Source of the DNA: Trichoplax sp. H2
Lineage: Eukaryota
Direction of reading: 5' to 3'
Assembly (NCBI GenBank): GCA_003344405.1
Contig: NOWV01000320.1
Coordinates: forward strand, 1-48,959
Length of the DNA: 48,959 nt
Of the stretch, positions 19,201-33,800 are shown piece after piece. A model generated the notes under the pieces. That model saw only the letters and a program-made list of their open reading frames with translations. It had not been told where the DNA came from and ran no database searches. Position numbers and translations under genes: made by a program. Each line of letters starts with the position of its first letter. Position 1 is the first letter of the stretch.

Positions 19201-22200
19201 CGTGTAATTATACATTGATAATCTATAACTTATCGCATCATGTATCTTGGATACGGTATTAATGGTATTCTACTTTGCTAAAGCAGGCTATGTAAACTAT
19301 CATTCCATTCTGTCAGTGTTGCATATTCTAAAAATTAATGATGTACAAGTTGCTTTGTCCGTTAATTTGCTCGCTATAAGAATCACAGGATTTAAACTTC
19401 CTGCAATATTATAGCTTAGCCTTGCTGCAATTCGATATTTCATTGGCTATAGACACGTTTAGCTTGCTATCAAGCCTGGACAGTTATCACTGCTAGTTAA
19501 TTTCAATACATACAGTGTCGATAATATTAATTCACTGGATAATTCTCCAATTGCATTGCCGTTTAGACAACAAGTTATTATGCTCTGCCTATTTGATTTG
19601 CCTATCCTCGATCCTTATTAATATTTCAAATATCTTTCTTAGCCTTTGCTAGCCTAAAATCGATCCTTAATAAAACTGAGAAGAACTGGTAATAATTTTT
19701 TTCATTTGTCGAACAGTCAATTATTTCAGCTCTCGTCTTTCCCTTAGTAATAATTTCAGTTCCTAGCTAGCAAGTAACATTGAAACGTGAAGAAAAAAAT
19801 AAAACAATAATATTCAACCACCTTGAGTCAGAATAAAACATTGATGATAAAGGCGGACAAATAAATAATTAAATTTAATTCAGCTGATTATAATATAGAG
19901 TACTAGGACTAACCTACATGTTATGCTAAACTCTAACTAAAAGAAATTTATTAATCATTCTGTTCGGTTTATTGACTTTAAAGGTATAGTAGAACATTTG
20001 TATCGCCGTAACTTATAAAAAAAGTAGGAGAAAATGAAATTTTATCGGCATGATTAAATGGTTACAATTAAAATCATAAAATGGACTATAATATAGTAGA
20101 TTTCCAATAATATCAGGCCAATACAACATCCAATCTATGCGAAATAATTTTATACAACAACTACTTGAGTATAAAGAGAGGAATAAGACTAGAATGCCAC
20201 TGCAAATAAAAAATAAGATAATGAAAAAAATTGAAATAGATATCAATATTAACCAAGCTAAGACAAACTAAGCGAGCAAATAGAAGCGAGCAGCCTAAAT
20301 CCAAATCAATAGTCAACATCATGCAACAAAAGAGATCATTCAGTGATAATGTCGACATGAGATCAACCGGTAATCAAGACAAAAGTGGATACATCCGGTT
20401 TAAAGTTCGATTCTAGTCAGATCTCAAGTGATGAGTATTTATGCAATGCAAAAAATAAAATAATTTAAAATTGCTACGACACAAACAGAAAATATGATCG
20501 TGATATTCCAAAACTTTAGATATGATAGTACGGCGGAAAAGAAAATTGAAAAATTGAATTTTACACTTAACCATCAATTTTCTATAGATATTATAACCTT
20601 TCAGTTTTGTGTAAAAATTACATTTGGTCGCTTAAAGTAGCTGCAACAACAAATCAAATTAATAAAAAATATTTTATCCGATGTATGCCGTCAAGGAGGA
20701 TTTTAATAACTTGCATCCCTAATATCAATTATAATTACCAGCCAAACATGCCAATTCTTATAATAGATAGGCAAGTTGACTACGGGATATGAGTAATAAG
20801 TTCTATTTCGTATAGAAAATCAATTAAATGTCGTGATCCTTAATGATCTGAACTCTACATAAATTAGTTGTCGTCAAAACACTGATACCATAAGGATAAA
20901 AGAGATTTTAAGACAGGCTACTCGTTTGCAAATAAAATAGACTCGTATAACATAAAATAAAATATTAATCAATTCTATTAGCTATGTGTAAATTAGGGTA
21001 TGTGATCATCTCGTCATTGCAATAATAATAAATAATAAATTAATCAAAAAATATGTGCCGTATAGTAGCAGAAAAGATGTCGATAACTTTTCATCAGACT
21101 TATCCTTGTCGACTTTGGCTAACAATACATTTGTAAGGGAGAGTTAAGATAGAAAAAAGATCCACCATCGACTGCAATTGAAAGAGAAAATTTTCAATCT
21201 ATTGATCTAAGTATAATGTACTATCATCAATAGATAGAAAAGCTCAATGATAAATACCGCATCAAATGAATAAAGAATAATAAAATTGTATCTTAACTCC
21301 CTTGGAGTCAGATGCGATTACTACTATCCTGATGAACTGTGGATATAATACTAATGATCGTGACAACATTGGAAATAACGAGGAAAATACTGTAATAAAT
21401 AATTAATAGATGGCTATTCTTGCAAGTAAGTTGATAACTAATACTGTACGCCCACGAAAAATTTCCATCAATCAATGGCTGCCTTACTTGCTAATAGAAT
21501 ACCGACTATCAATCATTCTGGCCATCAATAAAGTTATTAACTATTTCCGATTTATTATTACTTATTTACAACCGTTGTAGCCGCTAATCAATCAAATAGA
21601 GACAAAACTATTCTAATTATCAATTCAATACAATTTAATGTAAAGACTATGGAGGCAATGCTCAAAATGAATCAATAACATCCTTCACTTTCTTTAGGAT
21701 AGCATGGATTATTAATTTTTTTGGCTCCAATATATCCAGTGTATTAATGATATGTCTGCTATTATAGTAGTGGATATTATTTTTCATCGCCTGCTTTCTT
21801 ATTGACAGTTTAATGTTGACTTTTCTTCTTTCGCTTTTACTTCTCAAATTTTTTTCCCTATCTTACATTTTATTCGCTTGTACGGGATAAATAGAGACAA
21901 GATCGAGAAATAAAGTAAGTGCTTAAGATAAATTCATTAGACTGACTAAAAATATCTATCTAGCTCGGTCTATAAATAATGACGTACGAATTTGATTTCA
22001 AATTCATGTGGCTATCTATTACAACCAGGGTCAAGTCGTATGCAACTGATTAATATTTACGAGGGGTGGGTAAAACTAAGAAGTGATCTATAAGAAATCA
22101 TTATGACAAGATTAAGCAACACTTACGGCATTCAGCAAGCTATGCCATTCAATAAGACTCTGAATTGGCTATCTATATATTGCTCTATTCCATCCAATCC

Positions 22201-24869
22201 TCATAGACAACATTTAAATAAGTTATCCCCTTGCGCTGCATTTGCGGTATCATCAGAAAGAGTTATTTTGAACAACTTGACGTCATCTTTGAGCAATCAT
22301 AAGACCAATTTTCAATAGGTATTAAATATTCAGTAGCGTTTTATTAACAATTTAAATGATAGAAAAAATATAGACAAGAAGATTATTGATAACGATGACT
22401 TCATTGGTGCATATAAATAAATAAAATATTTAAAAGTTCAATCGTTATTTAGCACCACGGTCATGTTTTTCAATCATAGTATCAAAGCAAAGAGTGTTTA
22501 TAATCTATTCTAACCTATTTATACATTAAATTCTCAATTTGATCGCAGCTATCATCAAGAATTATGGTTAGTATTAATTAGCACAGTCTCTAGTTTACCC
22601 ATTAAAAATCATATTGGTCCAATTGATCATCGCTCATGATATGAGTATGCTAAATTAACTAAGTTCGTTATAAAAAGTCAAGTACCGTGAAGCCGTAGGA
22701 TAATAAAATGAAGATTTATCTTCTAAACAAGTAGTTACAGTAGCATGATTGATAGTCAAGAAAGAGTTATAATCTTAAGGAATTAAGAATCTCAATTTAA
22801 TGCCATGCAAAGTGTTCGCGAGGGTGAGAATAAAAAAATGAATATTCTAAAGTAAATAAATGTCGACACGAAATTATACAATAAGATTTGAATTTTTCAT
22901 CATATCAGGCGTTATTTACTAAAATGGGTAGAGGTAGGTTCAAAGATTTGATTGATGAAACGCAATTAATGAGAATATTATGATTGTATACTAGCGGAAA
23001 TAATGATTATCTCGGTCCTTTCTTCAATTATCACATGGGGAAAGAAAGGACTGTTTCTATCCATACTACTAAGTCAAGATGGTAATTATCTATGAAAGAT
23101 AATCGTCCCTATTGATACCTCAGTAAGCCTAAACGATGTACTACTAATTAAAATACTCCAAAGCATGAGACAATATCTACAAGGAATGAAACATGACTAG
23201 TTAAGTAACAATAAAGCAATCAACGCAAATGGTTGCAACGGAGATAAAGGTGTGAAACCAGCAGTCAGTAGCAGTGTAGGGATTTAGAAAGGGAAATAAA
23301 TTGTTAATCATTGCTTCACTAGCAAATTTTCAGTACAGTAGGTATTGAAGACGAAGGGGTTGATATAAGCTAGTCTAGAGGTAATCAACCTACAATATTA
23401 ATAGCTTAAAATATCGAAGTTTGGATAATGATCTATTAAAGGTAGTCATTTTTCGGGCATCAAGAAGATGATCGTGATGGTAATAGCTTCCATCTTGACT
23501 TTTAAATATTCTTTAGTAAAACTGTAGTGAAAGTGCTGAGTAGAATACTATCTATAATCATGTTCTTTATGCCATAATCAATATAATTGACATTTTGCTA
23601 TTTTTTACTGACTGTGAATAATTAAATTGCTAATAATACTCAATCCATCAATCCTAGTCATGAGTAATATTACGTCCTGTATCCTTTAAAACATGATAAC
23701 GATGACGAGTATGATAGCTGTCTTGCTATTTTTCGGATGTTTATTGATAAGTCATATCATGCTAGGAGCACTCTTTCGTCCTAAATTATTAACTAAAATT
23801 ACGATAATAGTATTGATAAGTTTCAATCTTGATTATTTTTGCATCTTTCAATTTTACTAGTATAGAAGGAATGATTCATCGACAATCATTAAAATAACGA
23901 TGGTGATGATGATAATAAGGTTGTATCGTAGTTGGTTATTTATTTATTTATTTGTGTATTGTTTATTTTACTATTTTGCATTTGTTTTCAATATTTTATT
24001 TGCAATACTCTTATGCTGGTAGAAATCAAGCGTATAGAAAAGTCTATACAAATAGGTCAAGGAAGCTCAAAACAATGAAGATGAAATTGCAAAGTGGGAA
24101 AAAAATTTTTTCTCTTCATCTAGTGCCTCCCATTTTAAAGCCTATTCAAGATATCGTAAAAGTAATGCTATCATACTAGAATGACTCCATTTTACTTTTT
24201 TAATTCTATAATAAAATCAGTTGACAAGGACTGTAGCTAAGCTATTCCTCTCGATACTTAATCTATATAAAATATGACAAACTGGAGAGTGAGTAAAAAG
24301 TCAAGTAGGAAAGGAAACGACATGAGGAGCCAGATTCTGTATTAGCTACCACATCGATTTGAATAATGGATGGACGATGAATAATGCGGAAGTCTTGACA
24401 GATTGATTATTGACCAACCAAATTATAGGAATCTATACAACAAGGCCAAGGAGAATAGAATAAAGAACTTCAATTCAACATGAATACCCTTGGATAGAAC
24501 AACAGGAAAGAAAAAATTATTTGTCAACAAAGAAAAGAGAGAGGGAAAATGGAAGGCAAAGAGACAACCTCCTCACCATATTATTTAGCCCCACCTCCTG
24601 ATCATTATACCACTCATCTATTATGACGATTATTATTACTACCGAGGAAATTTAATAACTATCAGAATAATAATAAGAAAAAAATGAATGTCTACAAGGG
24701 TTAATATCCAATAATTTCCATTCTATTCTAATACTATAACTTTGCCAATCGACCCCTATCCAGCAATATTAACTCGTTTCCTATCCAGACGTTATTTATT
24801 CATCTTGTGGCATCATCGTCGATCTTGCGCTGCAATTCTTTCTCCTTTCAAAATCAATCGTTTTAAGCA

Positions 24870-27800
24870 ATGAGCCAGACTGGTTCTCCAACTACTACAA
24901 CTACTACCGTTCTATCGGATTCGGATCAACCTTACCGTGTGGTTATTATTCACAGTAAGTTCTACGCCTATTCTGTGTTATAAAAATCGTCATAATAAAT
25001 ATTATTAAATAGGATAAAAATAAAACTGATGATCAATCTTGCTAGCCTATTTGATAAAAGAAAATTACAATTCAATCATCATCGCCATCACTTTTTATTC
25101 TAATTTTATTGATATTCTGAATATAGTCCAATAATATTCTTCTACCCTCTATATCCAATTTGATATTTGATCATAATATTTAATTTAAAGTTTGGACTGA
25201 AGAAGGTTAAAAAATACTTTCCTTTAGTATGTAGTAAGCAAATACTTTTTAATTTCTTTCCCTCTCATCATACTTGCTAAATAACATCAACTATTTAATA
25301 TGGAGGAAATTAGACGGAAATGAAGCAATAGCTTGTTGTTGTATTTTAGAACATACATCAATCCTATATTCTTGTAGAATAATTATAATTTACTGCCATA
25401 ATGTAAGTAAATTGATTCACACGTTGTATAGCAGGTTATCTACCCAATAATAAATTTAAATGTGAGAGAAATTATTTACCAATAATAGTCAAAGCGTTGT
25501 TGTTTCCAACTAAGCTCGTCAGTTCTTTTCAAGAATTGCATGGAAAATTTAAGAGAAATTAGTTAATTGATGCTTGAGTAATGCGGATAAATTAAAAATA
25601 TATTTAAATTATTAGCTAGATATTTTATAAGCTGTGTAAAACATGGATACTGTAAATTTGAAGCGCAAGTGAAATGATTTGAATATGACCGCATTCAATT
25701 TGCCAAGCCGATAGTAGTATTTTCGATTCTACGTATAAAAGATGATCATGATCATTTTCGCTAGCTAATACTACAGATCAGTAGTACGTCCTAGTTTGTA
25801 CCCCAAAAACTGATATTAACCGTAAATGAACTAATTAACAAGGTAGTAAGCTTACCAAATTATGAAGAATATTTCTGATGGTAATCGATATCATTATACC
25901 ATATCAGCGAATCAGAGCGATATTCATAAGCAGATTATATAGTTATAGGGTTATCAATATGGTTTTCGATGATAATCGATGACCATTCAATCGGCAAACT
26001 TAACAGACATTAACTTAAGAGATCCTGTAGTTGCCCGATCGTAGACGTAAATCTGGATACTTGCTTAGAAATGATGTAGTACCTGTATTCGATATTGCTT
26101 ATCACAATTACAAGCAAACTCTCTTGATAACCATCAGTCGATTACCAATTTATGGCAACATCAATTTGAAATTAGTATACTCGATTATGAAATTAGAAGG
26201 CGTCATAATAATTCAGTTTAATTATAGTTGGGAATTTTGGCCAATACCGACTACATTTGTAGTTGGAAGAATTTGATCAATCGATTACAAGGCGATGTTA
26301 CGTAAAGACTACTTTTGTCGCTCTTTCTGTTGATATTTTACTACATACTTCTGGATTGTACAAAAATAAGAGAAATGTTATGGTGTATTTGCTAGTGCTT
26401 TAACCATATAACATGACCGGATCATTCCTGATAAATTCCATTGAATTTGATTCTACTTAATCCCTCCGAGTAATGTTATTAGCTTCATTTAATAGAACTG
26501 GCAACAATAATATCCTATAGCAAATCTTAAACTACTGCTATCACTAACATGTTATCTACCATGACTCCCTTTCAAATAATTTTGGGGATCACGTAATTTT
26601 ATGGACCACTCTTTGATTCAATTTATCATATGTGTAGTAAATTTTCCATCTCAATATAGATTATATAAATAGTTGGATAGAAAAAGAAAATTTAGTTTTC
26701 ATCATTTTTGTACTTTTTTCTTGACCTTACTTTACTACCAGCGATCATAACTATGATTGAACCTTTATTTAATATGCAAACAAAATTGGATCTGCTTTGC
26801 AACTTTTAGCCGTCACTATATAAGTAGTACTTTTCTTGATAAGTTTGCCTATGGCCTTTATGCGAATTACTCGTATTTGGATTGCACTCATGATTATAAG
26901 CAACGATGTATTTTTTAACCAATATTAATTATCCTTTTGAATAAGATTGTACTTTAACGTGAATAGGAAAGAGAAATGAAAAATGCCCATGATCGCCGAT
27001 ATCATGATCAATCATTGAAGTAATAATTGTAGGATATTAGCTACCGTGGAATATAGTGTTAATCAATAGCACATTTTTTTCCTGCTAGGTGTTTATGCCT
27101 TGAATTGAGTCTTAGTCATACCACTTTTATTGTTCATTCTATCATACCTCCTCTTGTTTCCTTCTTTCTGACCAATAATTGAGAATAAAAAGTCAATTCA
27201 ATATTCAAGTACAAAAAGAGGGAAAATTCATCTGTTCTTTTCTTCCTCAAATTATGTTATTATCTTCCGATGTTTTGTTCATTGATCAATACATAATATA
27301 AGTCAGCAATTTATTTATTGACTTTGATATTTAAATGTATACTGGTGCTATTTTCCACTAATTCAATTTTAGATCCAAGCATTTATCAATCCTATATGAA
27401 GAATATTGAGCAACGTGATCAAGAAAAAGGTAACACCCATTGCGCTAAAATAGCCACCTTAGCCAACTTATAATTAATTATGGCGAAGAAAATTTTTTCC
27501 CATCTCGCATGCCTTGAAATGTGGTCTAATGGAAAGTCCTTTTTCAAGATTGTCATTGAATTTAGTTATTATTACCCCCTCAATATTTTTTCTTCTTCAT
27601 AATTTAATATTAGAAATGAGCGGTAGTAGTTCATCCTATTTTCAGAAATTGTCAAACAAAGGATAGAAATGTTTTATTACTATTCAATATCCTTAATTGA
27701 TGCTAGAGCTAACTGTTGTAGTCCTAAATTATTTTCAATACGCTAAATAGAATGGAAAATAAAAATAGTGTAATCGGTCCCATCTTACATGATGATTGAC

Positions 27801-30800
27801 ATTACTCGTCAAATCATTGTAGTTAACAGTGGATAAAGTTGATGACAATAGCTAACGATCAATCAGGAAATAGATTTGTCTCCTATTTAAATGAAAAAAA
27901 TATCTTGGCTAGAATGCAATAGAATTGATTTCACTTGGATAAAACGATAGAAGCAGAAAGAAGTGTATGCATTCGTAACCATGACAAAGAATTAATCAGT
28001 AATATTCTTTCTATTCTATATAAATATATTCACCTGTTCAATAATCGTTATTTAATAGCTATCGATCAAGAATCCAACATCAAGAGTGAAAATAAGCCTT
28101 GCATTAACATGACTCATGAAAACTCCATCAGCGAAATGACCGACTGTACAGGTAAGATTATGCAGTAAAAATAGAAAAATGAATTAAACTAGAGAAGGTG
28201 ACGATGATGAATTAGCTAGAAAAATACATGAAAAATGGATTCTCTCCTATTGCCGATCTTAGTGGGATTAACTTTCTCCTTAAGCAATATCATACAACAA
28301 GTCAATAACTGTTTTGTCTTTTAGCTGATCATTACTTTCCCTTCAGTCATCCAATTATATTGATCCCACCTTAGTTATTGACGATGACTATTTGATGAGA
28401 TTAATTTGAAAATGATGAAAATTGCTAGTTAGTCACCATTGCATATGAGTAAAATTTATCAGGAGAAACTAATCAGCTATTGGATACTCCCTCAATAACA
28501 GTTAAACATCAAGATACGATGTTTCTGCTCTCATTCTACTTGCTACAATATTGCATGTCTATAGGCTAAATTTTTCTTTAGTATTATTGCTAATGTCAAT
28601 TTTTAGCTTGAGCATAAAATAGGCAGATAATTATAACATCTTTGAAGTAAAGATAGTGCCTGTTTTGAATCACCTAAAGGAACAGTGCCTATAAGATCCA
28701 TTTTACCCATTATTTAGCCAGAGAAAGTCAATCCTATCTCCTACATTTTTCTTGTAATAAAGGAAATATTATCCTATTGTCATCATTCTTTCCAGTATTT
28801 TACATTAAGCTTATAGGAACCTATTAGCTACTGCTTTGAACTATTTTTGAATGCATAAAAATGAATTGGATATAGAAATAGTTAAAATAATGGATATCCT
28901 ATACATGCTTTGATATTCTTTATCGGCAATCACTACTCTACTACCTTCTTGGTATTTTACCCACTCGATATTGATTGGATTTTTCATCGTGCAAATTTGA
29001 ATTGTAAAATTGACAATCCATAACTATCCATTGACCATCAGCTGATAATCATGATAGAACTATGTCTGGTAGTGCTATTAGGTGACCAAGATGGGACTAA
29101 TTTCTACCCTAGTCAGTGGCATAATCAATAGTCCATAAGCCCGGAAAAGTCAGGAGTGGTTACACTCATCACTGTTAGATCCCTGTAGTCATTTTTTGAT
29201 CAATTCTGTCTATCATGTATTTGTACCTTAAAATTACATTAAACTGCAGCATAATTAGAGTGTCGATCATTAAGGAAGACGGGAAACATTAATGTCGACC
29301 GAAGTAACAATGAGCATCCTATACGTGCATCAATCTTTCTTCATCATTTAAAAAATTGTCAGTTCTTTTATTGCTTTAAAAGCAATAAAAAATATCCGAC
29401 TGTCGAATATGTTGTCATTCTAATGGTCGTAGGATGTGTTAATTTGGAGTTTATTAATTTTAGCAGTTTTTACCGCAATTTGAATGTTATTGATACATTA
29501 ATATTGCTCATAGACGATCGTGTATAATGCTGGTTTTAAGTAGACGTGTAAAGATATATCTTGTCTTTATAATAAGCATAAAAGTCGTCATACTCAAGCA
29601 ATTGGCTAGTAAAATCATTGATCTGGCTCTTTTCAGATTACTTTATATGATATACCAATTCAATGTAAATTGAAATTAGTTTTGTTTCCTTATATTTAAC
29701 CTGTTCCTAACACATTAACACTGATTCCAGCGCTTATGAGATTGCTTGTTTACTTACATATGCAGTCATGATAGATATGAACAGATTTGACAGAAATAGA
29801 ATGCAAGCAATTAGTTGCAAAATTGAGCTACTTTAACTCATTTTATTACTGTTGTAAAACATCTGTTTGGTGTTAGTTCGGATCATCTTTATGCTACTTT
29901 AATATTAGACTGATATTTTGATTCTGAAAGCATTATTTTTGGAAGACTAGCAGCGATACAGGGAAAAGCTTTTTCTTTTGCCCCTATGCTCGTAGATTAT
30001 TCCTATCGTAGTTGAGGATTTGTAGACATTTTCGACCGATCTTATTAAAATAATTGCCGACAACATAAGCAATACCATAAGCAATACCATCACTTAATCA
30101 ATTTTATATCATTTTCAGTCAGAACTAATTTCATGGACATTCTTAGCCCTCATTTAATGTCATACCATGGTCATACATAAACAGTAGCATTAGCTAAAGT
30201 AATTACTAGATTGCAATTTCCCGTTTAGCAATAAAAATCTAGAATAGAGAGTAAATCCTTTTCTAAATATTAATCGTAACCTTTATTCTTAACTGTAGTG
30301 CCTGCCGAATCAGAGTATAAATTTAATTTTAGAAATTCTGTATCGTTTCCTCAAGGGAAAGAGAAGCAATTTTCCTTTATAAAGCATATATATTGTATGG
30401 AATGAATTTAGTAAGATTTTAATGTAGTACTGTCCTAGATTCTATTCGCTACTGTCTACGGCAATAATAGCAAATACAGTAACTGGCTTTAAACGAGAAC
30501 AAGGAGCAGTTGTTGACATCCAAATTCTTTTCAACTTCACAACCAATTGCCTTCTCTAGCCCACGTAGGCATAACTCATTTCCGATCGCTTTAGACATGA
30601 TATTTTGTTGAAAATATGCTCTCCATCTATAAAATAACAATATTGACTTATGGTTATTGTTTATGCCGATGTCTAGGCTATTCTATTTCATGGTATAATA
30701 ATTAAAGAAAAAAACGATAGTCTAAAAAATAAATATCCCCGCGATGAATCATAGCTTGTATCTAACGACGAATCTATTGAATTGCGTGTAAAAGAGAATT

Positions 30801-33800
30801 TAGTTCTATTTAACATCATCAATTCCACGCCTAACAACGCATCATGAATAGAATATAGCACTGAACGAATGCGTAGGCTGAAATAGGAAACAATAAACGA
30901 TGCCTTTAAAATCCCTGATAGCACTTTTAGACAACAACAATATCCATTTGCCACTTGTAATAAAAATTTTATGCGGGGTTAAGATATCATTAAGAGTCAT
31001 TACTTTATCAATTTGCAGTGACCATGGCCTGACGGCACCGACAAATTTTTATTCTTATTAATGAATATTCTTAAAATAATTTCCTACGCTATTGGAATAT
31101 CATCATTAGGAAAAGCATATAGAGGATAGATGTAGATTTTAGTAACGGCTAGTAGAAGATTTGTTAGCACAATCTCACTTTTCTATAACTTTCTTTCTTA
31201 ACGATTTATTAGACAATAACGCGTTCTACAATATTAATGCTAGCGTCGCCTAAATAGACATAGCTTAGGCTATTTACATAGAATAGCAAGGTAATAGAAT
31301 AAAATAAATGGCTAACTGGACGATAACGATGTAGGCCAAACCTCAATTAAATATGGTGAATACGATGTTAAGTCGTTATAGTCGTTGTCAGCACTTTTCG
31401 AATCAACTTATTTTAAGCTTTTGCCAATATTAGTCCAATTTTCTTTCTACTCCATCAAAGTATTGCCAATTTAAGCAATCAAGCTAGAGGAAAAAGTACT
31501 TCAAGGAAAGATGATATCATTTCATATCATTTTCTTTGTTAGCGATTTTTGCCCAAAATCTGTAAACTTTCTTGATATGGTCGATATCGAAACTGACATG
31601 ATTTTAGCTATCCAGAAGTATTCAATTAGCATAAATGTATAAAAATAGCTTATAACGCCATCGGCGTTATAAGTTAAATAAAGATACTTGTTTTGATGGA
31701 TTAATGCGAGCTACTATATTTTATAGTTGAAACGGCGCCAAATCATTTCTTTTTTTTCGCCTTTTCACAGCTGTAAATTCCTCAATTCGAAACTAACTTA
31801 TCAATATACCGTAGAAAATTCTATAGTCTTTACTCCATTCTCTCTTATATTGTTTAGTATGTCTGCGCCGCAAAAACTAAATTTTAATCAGACTCCGATA
31901 CGAAGTATTTAGTAGATCTTTAGCAATCATACCCATAGGCAGCAAATAGAACTTTATTCATAGATTTCTTCTAGCAATTGAGTCTACCACAGATTGATAT
32001 AATTTACCATGGCTGGTATTTTTCTTCACTACTTCGCTCTATTAATGATAAGTAACTATATAGAGATACAATTTAAAACTGGTCTATATCCTTTTCAACA
32101 AGGTTATTATCACGTAGGATAATATGTAAACACTCAAGAGCTCAATTAACAAAACGCTATACAGTAGAACCTATATGACTGACTATAATCAAATATAACC
32201 TAAAACTTTCATTCAGATACTGCTATTACTGCCTCAAAATTAACAATTTTTAAATTTTAGCCAGAGAAAAATGATCTTTTGCGGTATCGAATCGATTTTT
32301 AATTATAAATACATAATTAATTAAAATACTTATTAATCATCGATAACTTGAAGCGCTCTAGCAGATTCATCAGAATTATTCCAGTGTAATCGAATTTAAA
32401 ATTTCTTACACTACTAATTATAAAAAGGATAATTCGAATTATCATCGGTGACGGCATAAACGATAACTTACTGCCGTCTAAAAAATTAAAAGTTAGTGCA
32501 TAAATCTAATTTAAAATCCATACCGTATCTAATGGCGAGAAAGAATACTGTATTAAAAAAATGGAATAATGCGGCGACAAACATTTCTAATATACAATAA
32601 GCAAATTAACTATCAGTCGTTGTAAATTAAAACTTCCTGTCGACAATACAAACGTATTCTATATTACTTTCTTCAACGGAAAAATAGCCATGTTGAGATA
32701 GTAGAACAAAATAAGACTGCCTCAACATAACAGAATTGATATTCTTCTCATATCCTGTTTATCATCCAGCGAAGCTATTCAAGAATTTTTGAAAGAGGAA
32801 CGAAAAAAAGTGAATTTAAATAACCTATCGACGCTTATTTGAACTCACGAGCAAAGTAACGCAATCGTATAAAATATAGCCTGCAAACTAACTTGCTATC
32901 AGGTACAAACTAGATTCCCTTAAATCTACCAGTATTTGATTATTATAATTATAATAGCTGATGGATATTGAATGGTATTCATTGTGGCATTGACTATTTG
33001 AATAGCTTAATAGAAGAATCTCTACATTGACTAAATTTTATTAAATGAGAATATTCCCTCCAAATTTTTGAGTAATGTTCTTAAGAAGCAAGGTACTACA
33101 TGTCTTTGATATATACCCTCAACATTGCAAACTAGCTGTAGCATATATGTTAGGAATACTTATTGCTAAAGCTCTATGGCCTTGATTTCTAAACTAATTT
33201 CCTATATTCAAGTTTATACCTAACTTAGATGCTCCTTCAGAAAATTTATGCAAACTAAAAATAAGATCAGTAATAAATTTCCAACTATCAACTGCAAAGT
33301 TAGTTTTGAAAATATACATATGGTAGATTATATCAATAGTTTAAATAGCGAAGGAAATCTAATAATTAGCCAATATAAACATAGCCTATTTAATATACAG
33401 CCAGTTCAATACCAATGGTATTATCAATAGATCACAACTAACATTAATCAGGAAGAACATAGTGCCATTTTTGATGCTTATTATAAATTTGATAAATTAT
33501 AATTAATTAGTGGAAGAAGTAATACCATTTAGCCCTACCAGGCAATTGCATTAGTTATAAGGATGTAGATATGCATAGCTACCAAATTCCCTGGAGTGCT
33601 AGACCTAGGTAATAGTGTGATTAAGTGGGACAGGGAAAATACAAGCTAGAGTTCAACAGTTCGTATATCCAGTAGAATAGTACTGGCGATTATTGTACCA
33701 TTAGACCTTAAAAATTCAGGAATAGGTCTATAACAGCATTACTTCGTATAGCGCGTTATTACGTTAGCTATTAATAATCAATCTGACTCTGCATTTCCAC

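Noticed and set aside
25875..26150. Short inverted matches (TGATGGTAATCGA versus TCGATTACCA / GATAACCATCAG) suggesting an old MITE
   Set aside because: Matches are only about 10 bp, not clearly terminal, and lack a target duplication.
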